From assembly GCA_963815115.1 (NCBI GenBank), contig CAWFFN010000012.1:800001-864000 (forward strand): DNA of 64,000 nt, given 5' to 3'. The DNA comes from an uncultured delta proteobacterium (lineage in GTDB: Bacteria > Desulfobacterota > Binatia > DP-6). A program made the translations under genes and the position numbers. Positions 43,708 through 55,396 of this stretch are shown here, piece after piece; position 1 is the first letter of the stretch; every line of letters starts with the position of its first letter. Under the pieces are notes generated by a model, which had not been told where the DNA came from, searched no databases, and saw nothing but the letters and a program-made list of their open reading frames with translations.

Positions 43708-45279
43708 GTGTTCCATCCACTCCTCGTCGAGAAGGACGTCGCGATCGGGCTGCGCGACGGCGGAACCATCCTCGCGAACGTCTTCCGTCCCGCGGACGAT
43801 GGCGAGTTCCCGGTCATCATAACGCTCGGCCCCTATCCCAAGGACATCCACTTCAGCGACTGGAACCCGGCGGCCTGGCGCCGTCTGCCGGAGCAGAACG
43901 AGCACATGCACTGGGAGACGGTGGACCCGGAGTGGTGGGTGCCGCAGGGCTACGCCGTCGTGCGCTGCGACTCGCGCGGGACCGGCAAGTCACCAGGCCG
44001 GCCGCGGCTGCTCTCGCGCGCCGAGGCCGAGGACTTCTACGACTGCGTCGAGTGGGCGGGCACGCGACCGTGGAGCAACGGCAAGGTCGCCGTCATGGGA
44101 GTCTCGTACTTCGCCATGAACTCGTGGCGCGTCGCGGCGCTGCAGCCTCCCCATCTGGCCGCGATCGTTCCGTGGGAGGGCGCGGTTGACCTCTACCGCG
44201 ACGCGAATCGCCACGGCGGCATCTACTCGAGCGGCTTCATGCGCGCGTGGGGTGGTCACACGCGCCGCTATCAGACGGACGGCGGCGCCTCCGATCCGGC
44301 GCCGCTTCCGCCGGAGACGGTGACGGAGCTGTTCGCCCGCAACCATCCGGACCTCGCCGCCATCCAGGTACCGCTCCTCTCCGCGGGCAACTGGGGAGGG
44401 GCGGGTCTCCACCTGCGCGGGAACGTCGAGGGCTATCTCGGCGCCGGCTCGGCGCAGAAGTTCCTGCAGATTCAAGTCGGCGATCACGTGGGCCCGTTCT
44501 ACTCGCTCGAGGGCCGCCTCGTGCAGCACCGCTTCCTGGAGCACTTCCTGCGGGGCGTCGACACCGGGATCACGCGCGAGCCGCCGATCCGGCTCGCGAT
44601 CCGGCGCGATCACGACACCTATCGCTGGCGCTACGAGACCGAGTGGCCACTCGCCCGCACGCAGTGGACGGCCGAGTACCTGGACGCCGCGGGTCAGGGC
44701 CTCTCGACGATGCGGCCGGACGAGCCGCACGCGGTGCGCTACGACGCAGAGCCCGGCGCCGCGCCGTCGAGCGTCCGCTTCGCAACCCCCCCGCTCGAGC
44801 AGGAGATCGAGGTGACCGGCCCGATCAAGCTCAAGCTGTGGGTCTCGACGACGAGCGACGATGCCGATCTGTTCGCGATCGTGCGCAACCTGCGCCCGGA
44901 CGGGACGGAGGTCACGTACCCGGGTCCGCAGCCCCAGAGCGAGAGCAAGGTCGCCGTCGCCTACGGCTGGCTGCGGCTGTCACACCGCAAGCTCGACCCG
45001 GAGCGCTCGACTGCCTATCGCCCGTATCACACCCACGACGAGATCCAGAAGGTACATCCCGGCGAGATCGTGCCGGTCGAGATCGAGATCCTGCCCACCA
45101 GCGCGATCTTCGAGCGCGGCCACCGCCTCGTCATCGAGGTCGGCGCCAAGGACGACCCGATCATCTTCTTCCAGCACGACGATCCGCGCGATCGGGTCCA
45201 GCGCGGCACGGTCACCCTACATACGGGCGGAGCGTTCGACGCGCACGCTCTGCTGCCCTTCATTCCGCAGCCGTCATGA
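43708..45279 (+). CDS. CocE/NonD family serine hydrolase (peptidase S15-like)
   Basis: 'LRDG..I.ANVFRP', 'DSRGTGKSPG', 'WSNGKVAVMGVSYFA', 'PPHLAAIVPWEG', C-terminal PepX-like domain. Confidence 0.92.
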   Translation: MFHPLLVEKDVAIGLRDGGTILANVFRPADDGEFPVIITLGPYPKDIHFSDWNPAAWRRLPEQNEHMHWETVDPEWWVPQGYAVVRCDSRGTGKSPGRPRLLSRAEAEDFYDCVEWAGTRPWSNGKVAVMGVSYFAMNSWRVAALQPPHLAAIVPWEGAVDLYRDANRHGGIYSSGFMRAWGGHTRRYQTDGGASDPAPLPPETVTELFARNHPDLAAIQVPLLSAGNWGGAGLHLRGNVEGYLGAGSAQKFLQIQVGDHVGPFYSLEGRLVQHRFLEHFLRGVDTGITREPPIRLAIRRDHDTYRWRYETEWPLARTQWTAEYLDAAGQGLSTMRPDEPHAVRYDAEPGAAPSSVRFATPPLEQEIEVTGPIKLKLWVSTTSDDADLFAIVRNLRPDGTEVTYPGPQPQSESKVAVAYGWLRLSHRKLDPERSTAYRPYHTHDEIQKVHPGEIVPVEIEILPTSAIFERGHRLVIEVGAKDDPIIFFQHDDPRDRVQRGTVTLHTGGAFDAHALLPFIPQPS

Positions 45280-46459
45280 CCCGGTCCAGCCAGTCGAGCG
45301 CGCGCTGATTGAACACGGCGCGCGCTCCCGACTCGCAGTGCGCGCCGGCTCCCTCCGCAGCGGTGAACTGCATGAGCTCCTTCTCGCAGGTGAGGACGTC
45401 GAACAGCTTGCGTGCCGTGACCCCGACCTCGTCGTTCTCCGCCGAGCAGACGAGGGTGGCGCAGGTGATCTTCTCGGCGCGCCCGGCCAGCGTGTAGGCG
45501 CCGGTGAGGCGCACGAAGTCCATCGGCGTGCTCACGCCGTGGACGCGGAGACCGCGCCGGAGCACCCATCCTGCCGTCGGGTGGCGCAGCCGGCGTTGCA
45601 GGACGCGGTCGAGCAGCGCGAGGATGTGGCGATTTCCTCCGTCGAGCCGGCGCGCGACGAACGCCGGCATCCGGCTCGCCAGCTCCTCGCGCAGCGAGTA
45701 GTTCCCGGGGTCGGCGATGCAGGCAGCGATGCGCCGCTCCGCGCTCGCCGCTCGCGGCGCGAGGTAGCCGCCGAAGCTCATTCCCATGAGCGCGATCGTC
45801 CGCGGGTCGACGTCGGAGCGCTCGACGGCGAAGTCCACGAGCGGCGTGACGACCGACTCCCAATCCGGGCGGAAGACCATGTTGCGCTCGATCAGGGCCT
45901 CGCCCTGGCCGGGCCCGTCGAACACGATGCACGTGTAGCCGCGCGCGACCGCCGCGGCCCCGCTGAACAGGTACGCCTCCTCGGCGGTGCTGTCGTACCC
46001 GCCGACGATGATCAACGTCGGCCGCGGCGCCGGGTCGGCCGACGCGCGGAGTACCCAGCCGTGGAGCGCGCCGGCCTCGTACGGGATCGCGACGCGCTCC
46101 GCCGCCGGACGCATGAGCGCCGCGCCGGCGGCGAAGGCTTCACGGTGCCGCCGATAGGTCGCGAGCAGCCGTGGCTCCGGCGTCGGCCCGATGAAGAAGG
46201 TGTAGGCGGCGCGAAAGTAGTTCGATGCGCGCAGATATGCGCCGCGGGCACTCACGTGACGTCGTGCCGCAAGGCTTTCCTCGGCGCGTGCGAGCACGCG
46301 CTCGGCCATCGCCAGCCACGCCGCGTACCAGCTCTCGGTGTCCGAGCCGCGCACGGCTCCGGCCACGGCGAGGCATTCGCCGATCTCCGCGCCGCCCGCG
46401 CTCGAGTGCCCGGCCGCTCGCAGCCATTGCGCTTCGAAGAAGGGGTCGTCCAGGATCAT
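45260..46459 (-). CDS. Alpha/beta hydrolase (2,6-dihydropseudooxynicotine hydrolase/S9-like)
   Basis: 'GGYDSTAEE', 'FDGPGQGE', 'GMSFGGY', 'GAGAHCE'. Confidence 0.85.
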   Translation of the reverse strand: MILDDPFFEAQWLRAAGHSSAGGAEIGECLAVAGAVRGSDTESWYAAWLAMAERVLARAEESLAARRHVSARGAYLRASNYFRAAYTFFIGPTPEPRLLATYRRHREAFAAGAALMRPAAERVAIPYEAGALHGWVLRASADPAPRPTLIIVGGYDSTAEEAYLFSGAAAVARGYTCIVFDGPGQGEALIERNMVFRPDWESVVTPLVDFAVERSDVDPRTIALMGMSFGGYLAPRAASAERRIAACIADPGNYSLREELASRMPAFVARRLDGGNRHILALLDRVLQRRLRHPTAGWVLRRGLRVHGVSTPMDFVRLTGAYTLAGRAEKITCATLVCSAENDEVGVTARKLFDVLTCEKELMQFTAAEGAGAHCESGARAVFNQRALDWLDRVMTAAE

Positions 46460-46534
46460 CGTCTTCGAACTACCACTCGTCGGATCTCCGCGACCAACGC
46501 GGGGCGTTCCGGAGCGAGCGCTGGCGGGCCGACG

Positions 46535-47200
46535 TCAGGCGCCGTCCACGCGACGGCCGTACCCCCGGGTGCTGGCGAGCAACGCGGGCCGCCTGGGAAG
46601 GTGCCGGAGGCCCATCCACGCGAGCGCCGCCAGGTGGCTCGCCACCGCCTCGGACGGCAGGGGCTTGCGGCTCTCCGTCCACCACTGGCCGACGAAGGCG
46701 ACCATGCCGACCAGGGCGTGCGCGTAGATCGGGGCCGCCTTGCGATCGTAGCCCGCGCGCCGGAGCTGCTCCGTGAAGACGGCGCCCACCCGGCCGGCGA
46801 GGTCGTACATCAGCCCCGGCATCTCGCCTCCGCCCTTCAAGGCCGGGGTGTCCCGCAGGAGCATCGTGAAGCCTTCGGGACGCTCTTCCACGTAGTGGAG
46901 AAACGCCAGCGCCGCCCGCTCGAGCCGTTCGCGTGGCGAGCCGGTCGAGATGGCCTCGACGATGCGCTCCACGATGTGCTCCACCTCGCGGTCCACGATC
47001 ACCGCGTAGAGGCCCTCCTTGCCGCCGAAGTGCTCGTAGACGATCGGTTTCGTGATGCCGGCGCGCTCGGCGATCTCCTCGACCGACGCCGCTTCGTAGC
47101 CGCGCTGGGCGAAGACCAGCCGGCCGACGTCGACGAGCTGGGCCCGGCGCGCCGAGGCGGCGAGGCGCGGGCGACGACCCGGTGGGGTGGCGCGAGGCAC
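46535..47200 (-). CDS. TetR-family regulator (Rv1019-like)
   Basis: 'SVEEIAERAGITKPIVYEHFGGKEGLYAVIVDRE', 'APIYAHALVG', 'QWW'; GGAG precedes the GTG at 47200. Confidence 0.9.
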   Translation of the reverse strand: MPRATPPGRRPRLAASARRAQLVDVGRLVFAQRGYEAASVEEIAERAGITKPIVYEHFGGKEGLYAVIVDREVEHIVERIVEAISTGSPRERLERAALAFLHYVEERPEGFTMLLRDTPALKGGGEMPGLMYDLAGRVGAVFTEQLRRAGYDRKAAPIYAHALVGMVAFVGQWWTESRKPLPSEAVASHLAALAWMGLRHLPRRPALLASTRGYGRRVDGA

Positions 47201-47214
47201 GGTTGACTCCTTTC

Positions 47215-47264
47215 CTACGTATGCGTAAGGTACGCAACCGTAACTTACTCTTACGTGACCGTAA
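47215..47264. promoter_or_regulatory. Three (T)TACG-N4-CGTAA operator boxes
   Basis: CTACG-TATG-CGTAA (47215), GTACG-CAAC-CGTAA (47230) and TTACG-TGAC-CGTAA (47251) in the AT-richer divergent gap. Confidence 0.8.
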
Positions 47265-47298
47265 CGTAGCACGCTCGGCGTGCGACGAGGAGGATCCC

Positions 47299-48210
47299 GT
47301 GACTGCCGTCTCGATTCCCGACTCCCCTGACCTGCTCGTGGCCCTGGAGCCCGTGGTGGCCCGTCTGCTCGACCGCCATCTCGCCGCCGCCAAGGAGTGG
47401 TTCCCGCACGAGTACGTGCCCTGGGAGTGCGGGCGCAGCTACGTCGACGAGCCCTGGCAGGAGAGCGACTCGCGCCTGGGCGCCACGGCGCGCATCGCGC
47501 TGGAGCTCAACCTGCTCACCGAGGACAACCTGCCCTCGTACCACCTCGCCCTGTGGCGCCTGTTCGGCGGCGAGGGGGCCTGGGGCCAGTGGGCGCGCCG
47601 CTGGACGGCCGAGGAAGGCCGCCACTCGATCGCCATCCGCGACTACCTGGTGACGTCGCGGGCGGTGGACCCGGTCGCGCTCGAGCGCGAGCGCATGGAG
47701 CACGTGGCGCGAGGGTATGCCCCGCGCGGCATCGAAGGCCCCTGCGACGCCCTGGTCTACGTCACGCTCCAGGAGCTGGCCACCCGCATCGCCCACCGCA
47801 ACACGGGCGCGATCACCGGCGATCCGGTGGCCGAGCGGCTGCTCGTCCGCGTCGCGCTCGACGAGAACCTGCACCACGCCTTCTATCGCGATCTCGCCGC
47901 CGCCGCGATCGAGCTCGACGCCTCCGCCATGGTCCTGGCCATCCGGCGCCAGGTCCTCGGCTTCGCGATGCCCGGTCTGGAGCTGCGCGGCTTTCGCGAG
48001 CGTGCCATCAGCATCGCGGCGGCCGGCATCTACGACCTCGGCATCCACCGCGACCAGGTGCTGCGTCCGGTCCTGAAGCACTGGCGGCTGCGCGAGCTGC
48101 GCGGGCTGAGCGACGACGCGGAACGCGCGCGCGACGAGGTGCTCGGGTTCGTCGAGGCTCTGGCCAGGCCCGGCGAGGAGCCGCCCCGGAGCGAGGCGTC
48201 CGCGGCGTAG
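47299..48210 (+). CDS. desA: Soluble acyl-ACP desaturase (diiron, DesA1-like)
   Basis: 'WFPHEYVPW', 'LLTEDNLPSYH', 'WTAEEGRH', 'QELATRIAH', 'DENLH'. Confidence 0.92.
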   Translation: MTAVSIPDSPDLLVALEPVVARLLDRHLAAAKEWFPHEYVPWECGRSYVDEPWQESDSRLGATARIALELNLLTEDNLPSYHLALWRLFGGEGAWGQWARRWTAEEGRHSIAIRDYLVTSRAVDPVALERERMEHVARGYAPRGIEGPCDALVYVTLQELATRIAHRNTGAITGDPVAERLLVRVALDENLHHAFYRDLAAAAIELDASAMVLAIRRQVLGFAMPGLELRGFRERAISIAAAGIYDLGIHRDQVLRPVLKHWRLRELRGLSDDAERARDEVLGFVEALARPGEEPPRSEASAA

Positions 48211-48635
48211 CGGGGCGAAGGGGACGGCGCGAGATCCGGCTGTCGATACCGAAGCCGGGAGGCTGGTCGCGCGCCGTCTCCGCCACGAAACCCGACCCTA
48301 GTACTTGGCCGACAACCAGACGCTCAGCGCACGGCGGCAGTCGTGGTACGCGCAGCCGAACGACGACGCGTCGGTCTCCTTCTGCGACCCGTCTGCGCGG
48401 GCGCACCGGACATACGCGCAATCGCGCCGGGCGGTTGCGACGTCGGAGGCTCATTCCCGTACGGCATGTCCCGCCGGGACAGCCATGGAGACGAGGATGA
48501 CGAGGCCGCCCCCATGGACACATCGAGGGATCCACCGCGCGGACCTGCGCGTAGAGCACCTACAAAACGGACTCACGCGCGACGGATGCCTTCGACCCCG
48601 CGCCGTGTGCCCACCCTCGCAAGGAGAACGTACTC

Positions 48636-49181
48636 ATGCCCACGATCTCGCGTCTCGCGATCGGCGACGCCGTCACCGTACAATTCGTCATGGCGATGCT
48701 CTTCGGCTCGGCGAGCCTGTGGGCGCCGATTGCCCGGGCCGCGCCGGCGGCGCTGGAACCTCCCGCCGTCTGCGTCAGCGCCCAGCCTGCGGCGATCTCC
48801 GCGGCGTCCGCGCTCGCGAAGAAGGATGCCGCGACGCGCTTCGCCGGCGACGCGTTCGTCCGCACCGAGCTGTACTTCGGCAGCGAGCGTCCCGACCTTC
48901 CAGAGGTGAGCCCCGAGGAATTCAAGCAGTTCCTCGACGTCGCGGTGACGCCCTGCTTTCCCGACGGTCTCACGTTGCTCACGGGGAAAGGTCAGTTCCG
49001 CGAGTCCGACGGTCGGATCGTCCAGGAGACCAGCTTCGTCCTCGTGCTGCTCTATCCGCTGGACGGTCGAAAGGAGAGCAACGTCAAGATCGAGGCGCTC
49101 CGGACGCTCTACAAGGATCACTTCCAGCAGGAGTCCGTGCTGCGGGTGGACGATCCCCGGGCGGTGCGGGTCGGGTTCTAG
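48636..49181 (+). CDS. DUF3574 family protein
   Basis: 'RTELYFG', 'FLDVAVTPCFPDGLT', 'FQQESVLRVD'; AAGGAG RBS. Confidence 0.85.
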   Translation: MPTISRLAIGDAVTVQFVMAMLFGSASLWAPIARAAPAALEPPAVCVSAQPAAISAASALAKKDAATRFAGDAFVRTELYFGSERPDLPEVSPEEFKQFLDVAVTPCFPDGLTLLTGKGQFRESDGRIVQETSFVLVLLYPLDGRKESNVKIEALRTLYKDHFQQESVLRVDDPRAVRVGF

Positions 49182-49264
49182 CGGCAAGTGCCGGCGCGGC
49201 GCGCGCCAGCGAGCTGGCGGGAGATTGGCTTGCAGGCGCCGCGTGCTCCGCGTTAGAGCACGGC

Positions 49265-50896
49265 ATGGGGTCGATCTCGTTCGAGACCCATCCGTCGCGC
49301 TACCGGCACTGGCAGCTCGACGTGCAGGGCGACGTCGCGACCCTGGCGATGCACGTAGCCGAGGACGGAGGACTCGTTCCCGGCTACGCGTTGAAGCTCA
49401 ACTCCTACGATCTCGGCGTCGACATCGAGCTCGCCGACGCGATCCAGCGCCTGCGCTTCTCGCACCCCGAGGTCCGTGCGCTGGTCATCACCTCGCGGCG
49501 CGACCGTGTGTTCTCGGCCGGCGCGAACATCTTCATGCTCGGACGGAGCTCGCACGCGTTCAAGGTGAACTTCTGCAAGTTCACGAACGAGACACGGCTC
49601 CATCTCGAGGAGGCGAGCCGTGAGTCGGGCATCGCGACCCTCTGTGCGCTGAACGGCACCGCCTCGGGGGGTGGCTACGAGCTGGCGCTCGCCTGCGACG
49701 AGATCGTGCTGGTCGACGACGGCTCGGCCGCCGTATCGCTTCCGGAGGTCGCGCTGCTCGGCGTCCTCCCGGGCACCGGCGGGCTCACGCGCGTCGTCGA
49801 CAAGCGGAAGGTGCGCCGCGATCGCGCCGATTTCTTCTCGACGACCGCCGAGGGCGTGCGCGGGCAGCGCGCGGCCGAGTGGCAGCTCGTGGACGAGGCG
49901 GTGCCGCGGTCGCGGTTCGAGGAGCGGGTGCGCGAGCGGGCCGCGACGCTGGCACGGCGAAGCGACCGGCCTGCCGGGACCGGCATCGAGCTGCCGGCTC
50001 TTCGCCGCCGGGAGACGCCGGACGGCATCGAGTACGGTCACGTGACGCTGGCGCTCGACCGCGCCCGGCGGGTGGCGACGCTGGCGGTGCGTGCGCCCGC
50101 TGGACGGGAGCCCGCGAGCCCGGAGGACTTCCTGCGGACGGGCGCCGATGCGTGGGCGATCGCCGCCTGGCGCGAGCTCGACGACGCGATCCTCCATCTG
50201 CGGCTGAACGAGCCCGAGGCGGGGCTGGTGCTGCTGCGCACCGAGGGTGATGCGCGGGCGGTGCTCGCCGTCGACGGCGCGGTGGCCGGGCACCGCGGGC
50301 ACTGGCTGGTGCGCGAGATCCTTCTGCTCCAGCGTCGGGTGCTCAAGCGGATCGACCTGACGGCGCGTTCCTTCTACGCGCTGATCACTCCCGGCTCGGC
50401 CTTCGCGGGGTCGCTGCTCGAGCTCGCACTGGCCGCGGATCGCTCCTACATGCTCGCGGATGACGCCAGCTCGATCGCCCTGTCACCGCTGAACCGCGGC
50501 CTCCTGCCGATGAGCTCCGGCCTGTCGCGGCTCGAGGCGCGCTTCTACGGACACGACGAGCGCGTGGCGAGCCTCGTCGCGCACGAGGGCGCGTTCGGTG
50601 CCGGGGAGGCGCTCGAAGCGGGCCTCGTCACCTTCGCGCCCGACGAGCTCGACTGGGACGAGGAGGTGCGGCTCGCCGTCGAGGAGCGCGCCGCGATGAA
50701 TCCGGACGCGCTCACGGGCATGGAGGCGAGTCTCCGCTTCGTCGGGCCGGAGACGATCGAGACGAAGATCTTCGGGCGGCTCTCGGCCTGGCAGAACTGG
50801 ATCTTCACGCGTCCGAACGCCACCGGTGAGAAGGGCGCGCTCACCGTATACGGGAAGGCGGGGCAAAGGCCGGAGTTCGACTGGCGGCGCACGTGA
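49265..50896 (+). CDS. boxC: 2,3-epoxybenzoyl-CoA dihydrolase
   Basis: 'YRHW', 'LKLNSYDLGVDIELADA', 'KVNFCKFTNETR', 'ETKIFGRLSAWQNWIF', 'FDWRR'. Confidence 0.95.
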   Translation: MGSISFETHPSRYRHWQLDVQGDVATLAMHVAEDGGLVPGYALKLNSYDLGVDIELADAIQRLRFSHPEVRALVITSRRDRVFSAGANIFMLGRSSHAFKVNFCKFTNETRLHLEEASRESGIATLCALNGTASGGGYELALACDEIVLVDDGSAAVSLPEVALLGVLPGTGGLTRVVDKRKVRRDRADFFSTTAEGVRGQRAAEWQLVDEAVPRSRFEERVRERAATLARRSDRPAGTGIELPALRRRETPDGIEYGHVTLALDRARRVATLAVRAPAGREPASPEDFLRTGADAWAIAAWRELDDAILHLRLNEPEAGLVLLRTEGDARAVLAVDGAVAGHRGHWLVREILLLQRRVLKRIDLTARSFYALITPGSAFAGSLLELALAADRSYMLADDASSIALSPLNRGLLPMSSGLSRLEARFYGHDERVASLVAHEGAFGAGEALEAGLVTFAPDELDWDEEVRLAVEERAAMNPDALTGMEASLRFVGPETIETKIFGRLSAWQNWIFTRPNATGEKGALTVYGKAGQRPEFDWRRT

Positions 50897-50909
50897 GGAG
50901 ATCGGACCG

Positions 50910-52321
<1,412 letters not shown>

Positions 52322-52322
<1 letters not shown>

Positions 52323-53851
52323 TGCCGAACGCCGCGCAGGAGATCCTCCGCGCCGGCGACGACGCGTCCGTCGCGCTCCGCGTGCACGCGGACGAGCGGC
52401 GGCTCGCCATGACGCGCGGCGAGCTCCGCCGTCTCGTGCGGCGGACGGCCGCGGCGCTCGCCCGCCGGGGGGTCGCGGAGGAGCAGCGGGTGATGGTCGC
52501 CCTCCCCGATGGTGCGGAGTACGTGGAGGCGGTCCTCGGCGCGATGTGGAACGGCAGCGTCCCGGTCCTGGTGAGCCCGTTCCTTCCGAGCGACGGCTAT
52601 GCCGCCTTCCTCGACGAGAGCCGCGCGCGGGCCGTCGTCACGACGGAGCCGATCGCGGAGGCGCTGCGCGCGCGCGTGGCCGGCGGCCGCGCCGTCGCCG
52701 TCCTGACGGTGCGCGGCGACGGCGGCGGGACGTTTCGCGAGGCGCTCGAAGGCGAGGGCTCCGGGGCGGAGCCCTTTCCCGCCGACGGCGACGATCCGGC
52801 GCTCTGGCTCTACAGCTCCGGCACGACGGGTCGGCCGAAGGGTGTCGTCCACCTGCATCGAGGCGTGCTGCACGCGATAGGGAGCTACGGCGCGCGCGTG
52901 CTCGAGACGACGGGTCGCGACGTCTCCTACGCGACCTCCAAGCTGTTCTTCGCGTACGGCCTGGGCGCCGGCCTCTACTTCCCGCTCGCCGCCGGCGGCG
53001 CGGCCGTGCTGTCGCCCGAGCCCTTCACCCCCGCGCGGTCGTGGCGCATCCTCCTCGAAGAACGGCCGTCGCTCTTGTTCTCGGTTCCGGCCGCATACCG
53101 CGCGCTCCTCGAGCATGCGCCGGCGGGGGCGCCCGCGGCGCTGGCAGGCGTGCGCCGCTTCGTGTGCGCGGGCGAGGCGCTTCCGGAGGCGCTGGCGCGG
53201 GCCTGGAAGGAGCGCTTCGGCGTCGAGCTGCTGAACGGCCTGGGCTCGACCGAGTCGCTGCACATCTTCCTGTCGGCGCGGCCGGGGCGCTGCCGTCCGG
53301 GCACGGTGGGACATCCCGTTCCCGGCTACGAGGTCGAGATCGTGGACGGGGAGGGCGCCGCCGTCGCGTGCGGGACCCCGGGCGTCCTGCGGGTGCGGGG
53401 AGGCAGCATCGCCGCCGGGTACTGGCAGCGCCGCGAGGCGACCGTGCGCGGGTTCGCCGGGGGGTGGCTCACGACCGGGGATCAGGCCGTGCGGGATGCC
53501 GACGGCGCGTTCCGCATCCTCGGGCGCACCGACGACATGCTGAAGGTGTCGGGGCAGTGGGTCTCGCCGCTCGAGGTCGAAGCCGTCGTCGTGGCGGTCC
53601 CGGGCGTCAGCGAATGCGGGGTCGTCGGCGTCCCGGGCGACGGCGGTCTGACCGAGCTGGTGGCCTGCGTGGTCGGCGCGCTCGACGAGGCGGAGGAGGT
53701 CCGTGCCCGCATCGACGCCGCGTGCAGCGAGCAGCTCCCACGCTTCAAGCGGCCGAAGCGCGTCGTTCTCTTCGAGGCGCTGCCGCGCACGGCGACCGGC
53801 AAGCTGCAGCGATTCGCGCTGCGCGACGCGGTCACGCGGGCGGACCATTGA
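52322..53851 (+). CDS. Benzoate-CoA ligase family protein
   Basis: 'WLYSSGTTGRPKG', 'KLFFAYGLG', 'GLGSTESLHIF', 'GRTDDMLKVSGQWVSP', 'PRTATGKLQRF'; TGATG coupling to boxB. Confidence 0.92.
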
Positions 53852-54244
53852 TCATGAGCCGGTGAGCCGCGGCTTCGGTTTCCGCCGCCGGGTGGCCACC
53901 GCGGCCACGCCGTTCCTCCTCGCGCACCCGAAGAGCCTGCAGGACCATCCGCCCTCGCAGGGCGCGGACACGCTCAGCATGCGCGAAGCGATCGAGACGT
54001 GCCCGTCTTGAATGGGAGGAGGAATGATCGTACTGGGTCCCCAGAGCAGCCGATCGATGCCGGCTGCCGGGACACGGGATAGCTGTCCAGCGCTAGACCA
54101 TCTCTGCTCCGCTTCGAAGGCGGCCTCGTCAATGCATGTTTCGGTGCATGACGCGCTCCCCGGATCGGGACGCGCCCAGAGCGTGGTATCGTCGTTGGGC
54201 CCAACCGAAGCGCACGGTCTCGCGCGCGTTCGATGGAGGGGCAC

Positions 54245-55396
54245 ATGGCTGACCTTGCGAGCACCATCAATAGCTTCCTGACACCCGACATGATCCAGAA
54301 GGTGGCCGCGCTCGCCGGCGAGAGTCCGGCGGCCACGCAGAAGAGCGCGGGGATCGCCGTTCCGACGATCCTCTCCGGGCTCGCCGGCCTGGCCTCGTCC
54401 GACACCGGGGCGTCCCAGCTGATCAACCTGATCAGTCGCCTCGGGGGGGACGGCAGCCTGCTGAACGACCTGGGGGCGCTCCTGGGCGGCGGACCGGCCT
54501 CGCAGTCCACGATGAATGCCGGACGTGAGGGGCTGCAGACCATCTTCGGCGGCAAGCTGGGCAGCGTCGTCGAGGCCATCGCGGGGGCGAGCGGCGCCAA
54601 GTCGCAGTCGATCTCCTCGCTGCTGAGTCTGCTCTTGCCGATGGTCCTCGCCTTCCTCGGCCGCGAGCGCAAGGCGGGCGGCCTCGACGCCGGGGGCCTG
54701 GCCAGCTTGCTGCGCAACCAACGTGGCTCCTGGGCGGGGTTGCTGCCGGCGGCCGTCTCGGCCCAGCTGGGCGCCGGGCCGGCTGCGACGGCGCGGCCGG
54801 CGGTTCCGCTGCCTCCGCCGGCGCCGACCAGCTCTCCACTCCGCTGGCTCATCCCGGTCGTCCTGCTCGGGTTGCTCGGCGCATGGCTGGCGCAGCGCGG
54901 CTGCGGCGAGACTGCGCGCCAGGCAGCCACGACCACGCAGGAGCGCCTGTCGCGCCTGTCGCTACCGGGCGGCGTCGCCCTCGACGTGAGAGAAGGCGGC
55001 TTCAGCGACAGCCTGGCGCGCTTCCTGGCCAATACCGCCGACACCACCGTGCCGCGCACGTTCATCTTCGACGATCTGAACTTCGAGACCGGCAGCGCCG
55101 CGCTCAAGCCGGAGTCGAAACGCGTCGTCGATGACCTCATCGTCATCATGAAGGCCTACCCGACGTCGCGGGGTCGCCTCGAGGGGCACACCGACAACAC
55201 CGGCGACGCGGGCGCCAACAAGGCGCTCTCCGAGGCACGCGCGCGCAGTGTGCGCGATACCATGGTGTCGGGGGGGGTCGATGCCGGCCGCCTCGAGGCC
55301 GCGGGATTCGGCCAGGAGCGGCCCATCGCCCCGAACGACACCGACACGGGCCGCGCGAAGAATCGCCGCACCGAGCTGGTCATCACGGGCAAGTAG
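54245..55396 (+). CDS. DUF937 plus OmpA-like peptidoglycan-binding domain membrane protein
   Basis: Helical Gly/Leu N-terminal domain, one TM segment, 'LNFETGSA', 'GHTDNTG', 'NKALSEARA', 'GRAKNRRTEL'. Confidence 0.9.
   Translation: MADLASTINSFLTPDMIQKVAALAGESPAATQKSAGIAVPTILSGLAGLASSDTGASQLINLISRLGGDGSLLNDLGALLGGGPASQSTMNAGREGLQTIFGGKLGSVVEAIAGASGAKSQSISSLLSLLLPMVLAFLGRERKAGGLDAGGLASLLRNQRGSWAGLLPAAVSAQLGAGPAATARPAVPLPPPAPTSSPLRWLIPVVLLGLLGAWLAQRGCGETARQAATTTQERLSRLSLPGGVALDVREGGFSDSLARFLANTADTTVPRTFIFDDLNFETGSAALKPESKRVVDDLIVIMKAYPTSRGRLEGHTDNTGDAGANKALSEARARSVRDTMVSGGVDAGRLEAAGFGQERPIAPNDTDTGRAKNRRTELVITGK

Noticed and set aside
36577-43911. 2444-aa minus-strand ORF
   Set aside because: Antisense shadow of the giant + strand gene; Arg/Gly-rich with no motifs, as expected from high-GC codon bias.
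48305-49264. N-terminal 320-aa extension of the boxC ORF in the track
   Set aside because: It overlaps the DUF3574 gene in another frame; BoxC similarity begins at the ATG at 49265.
53852-54244. Short ORFs in the gap after the benzoate-CoA ligase
   Set aside because: No convincing start, RBS or recognisable motif; no boxA remnant detected.
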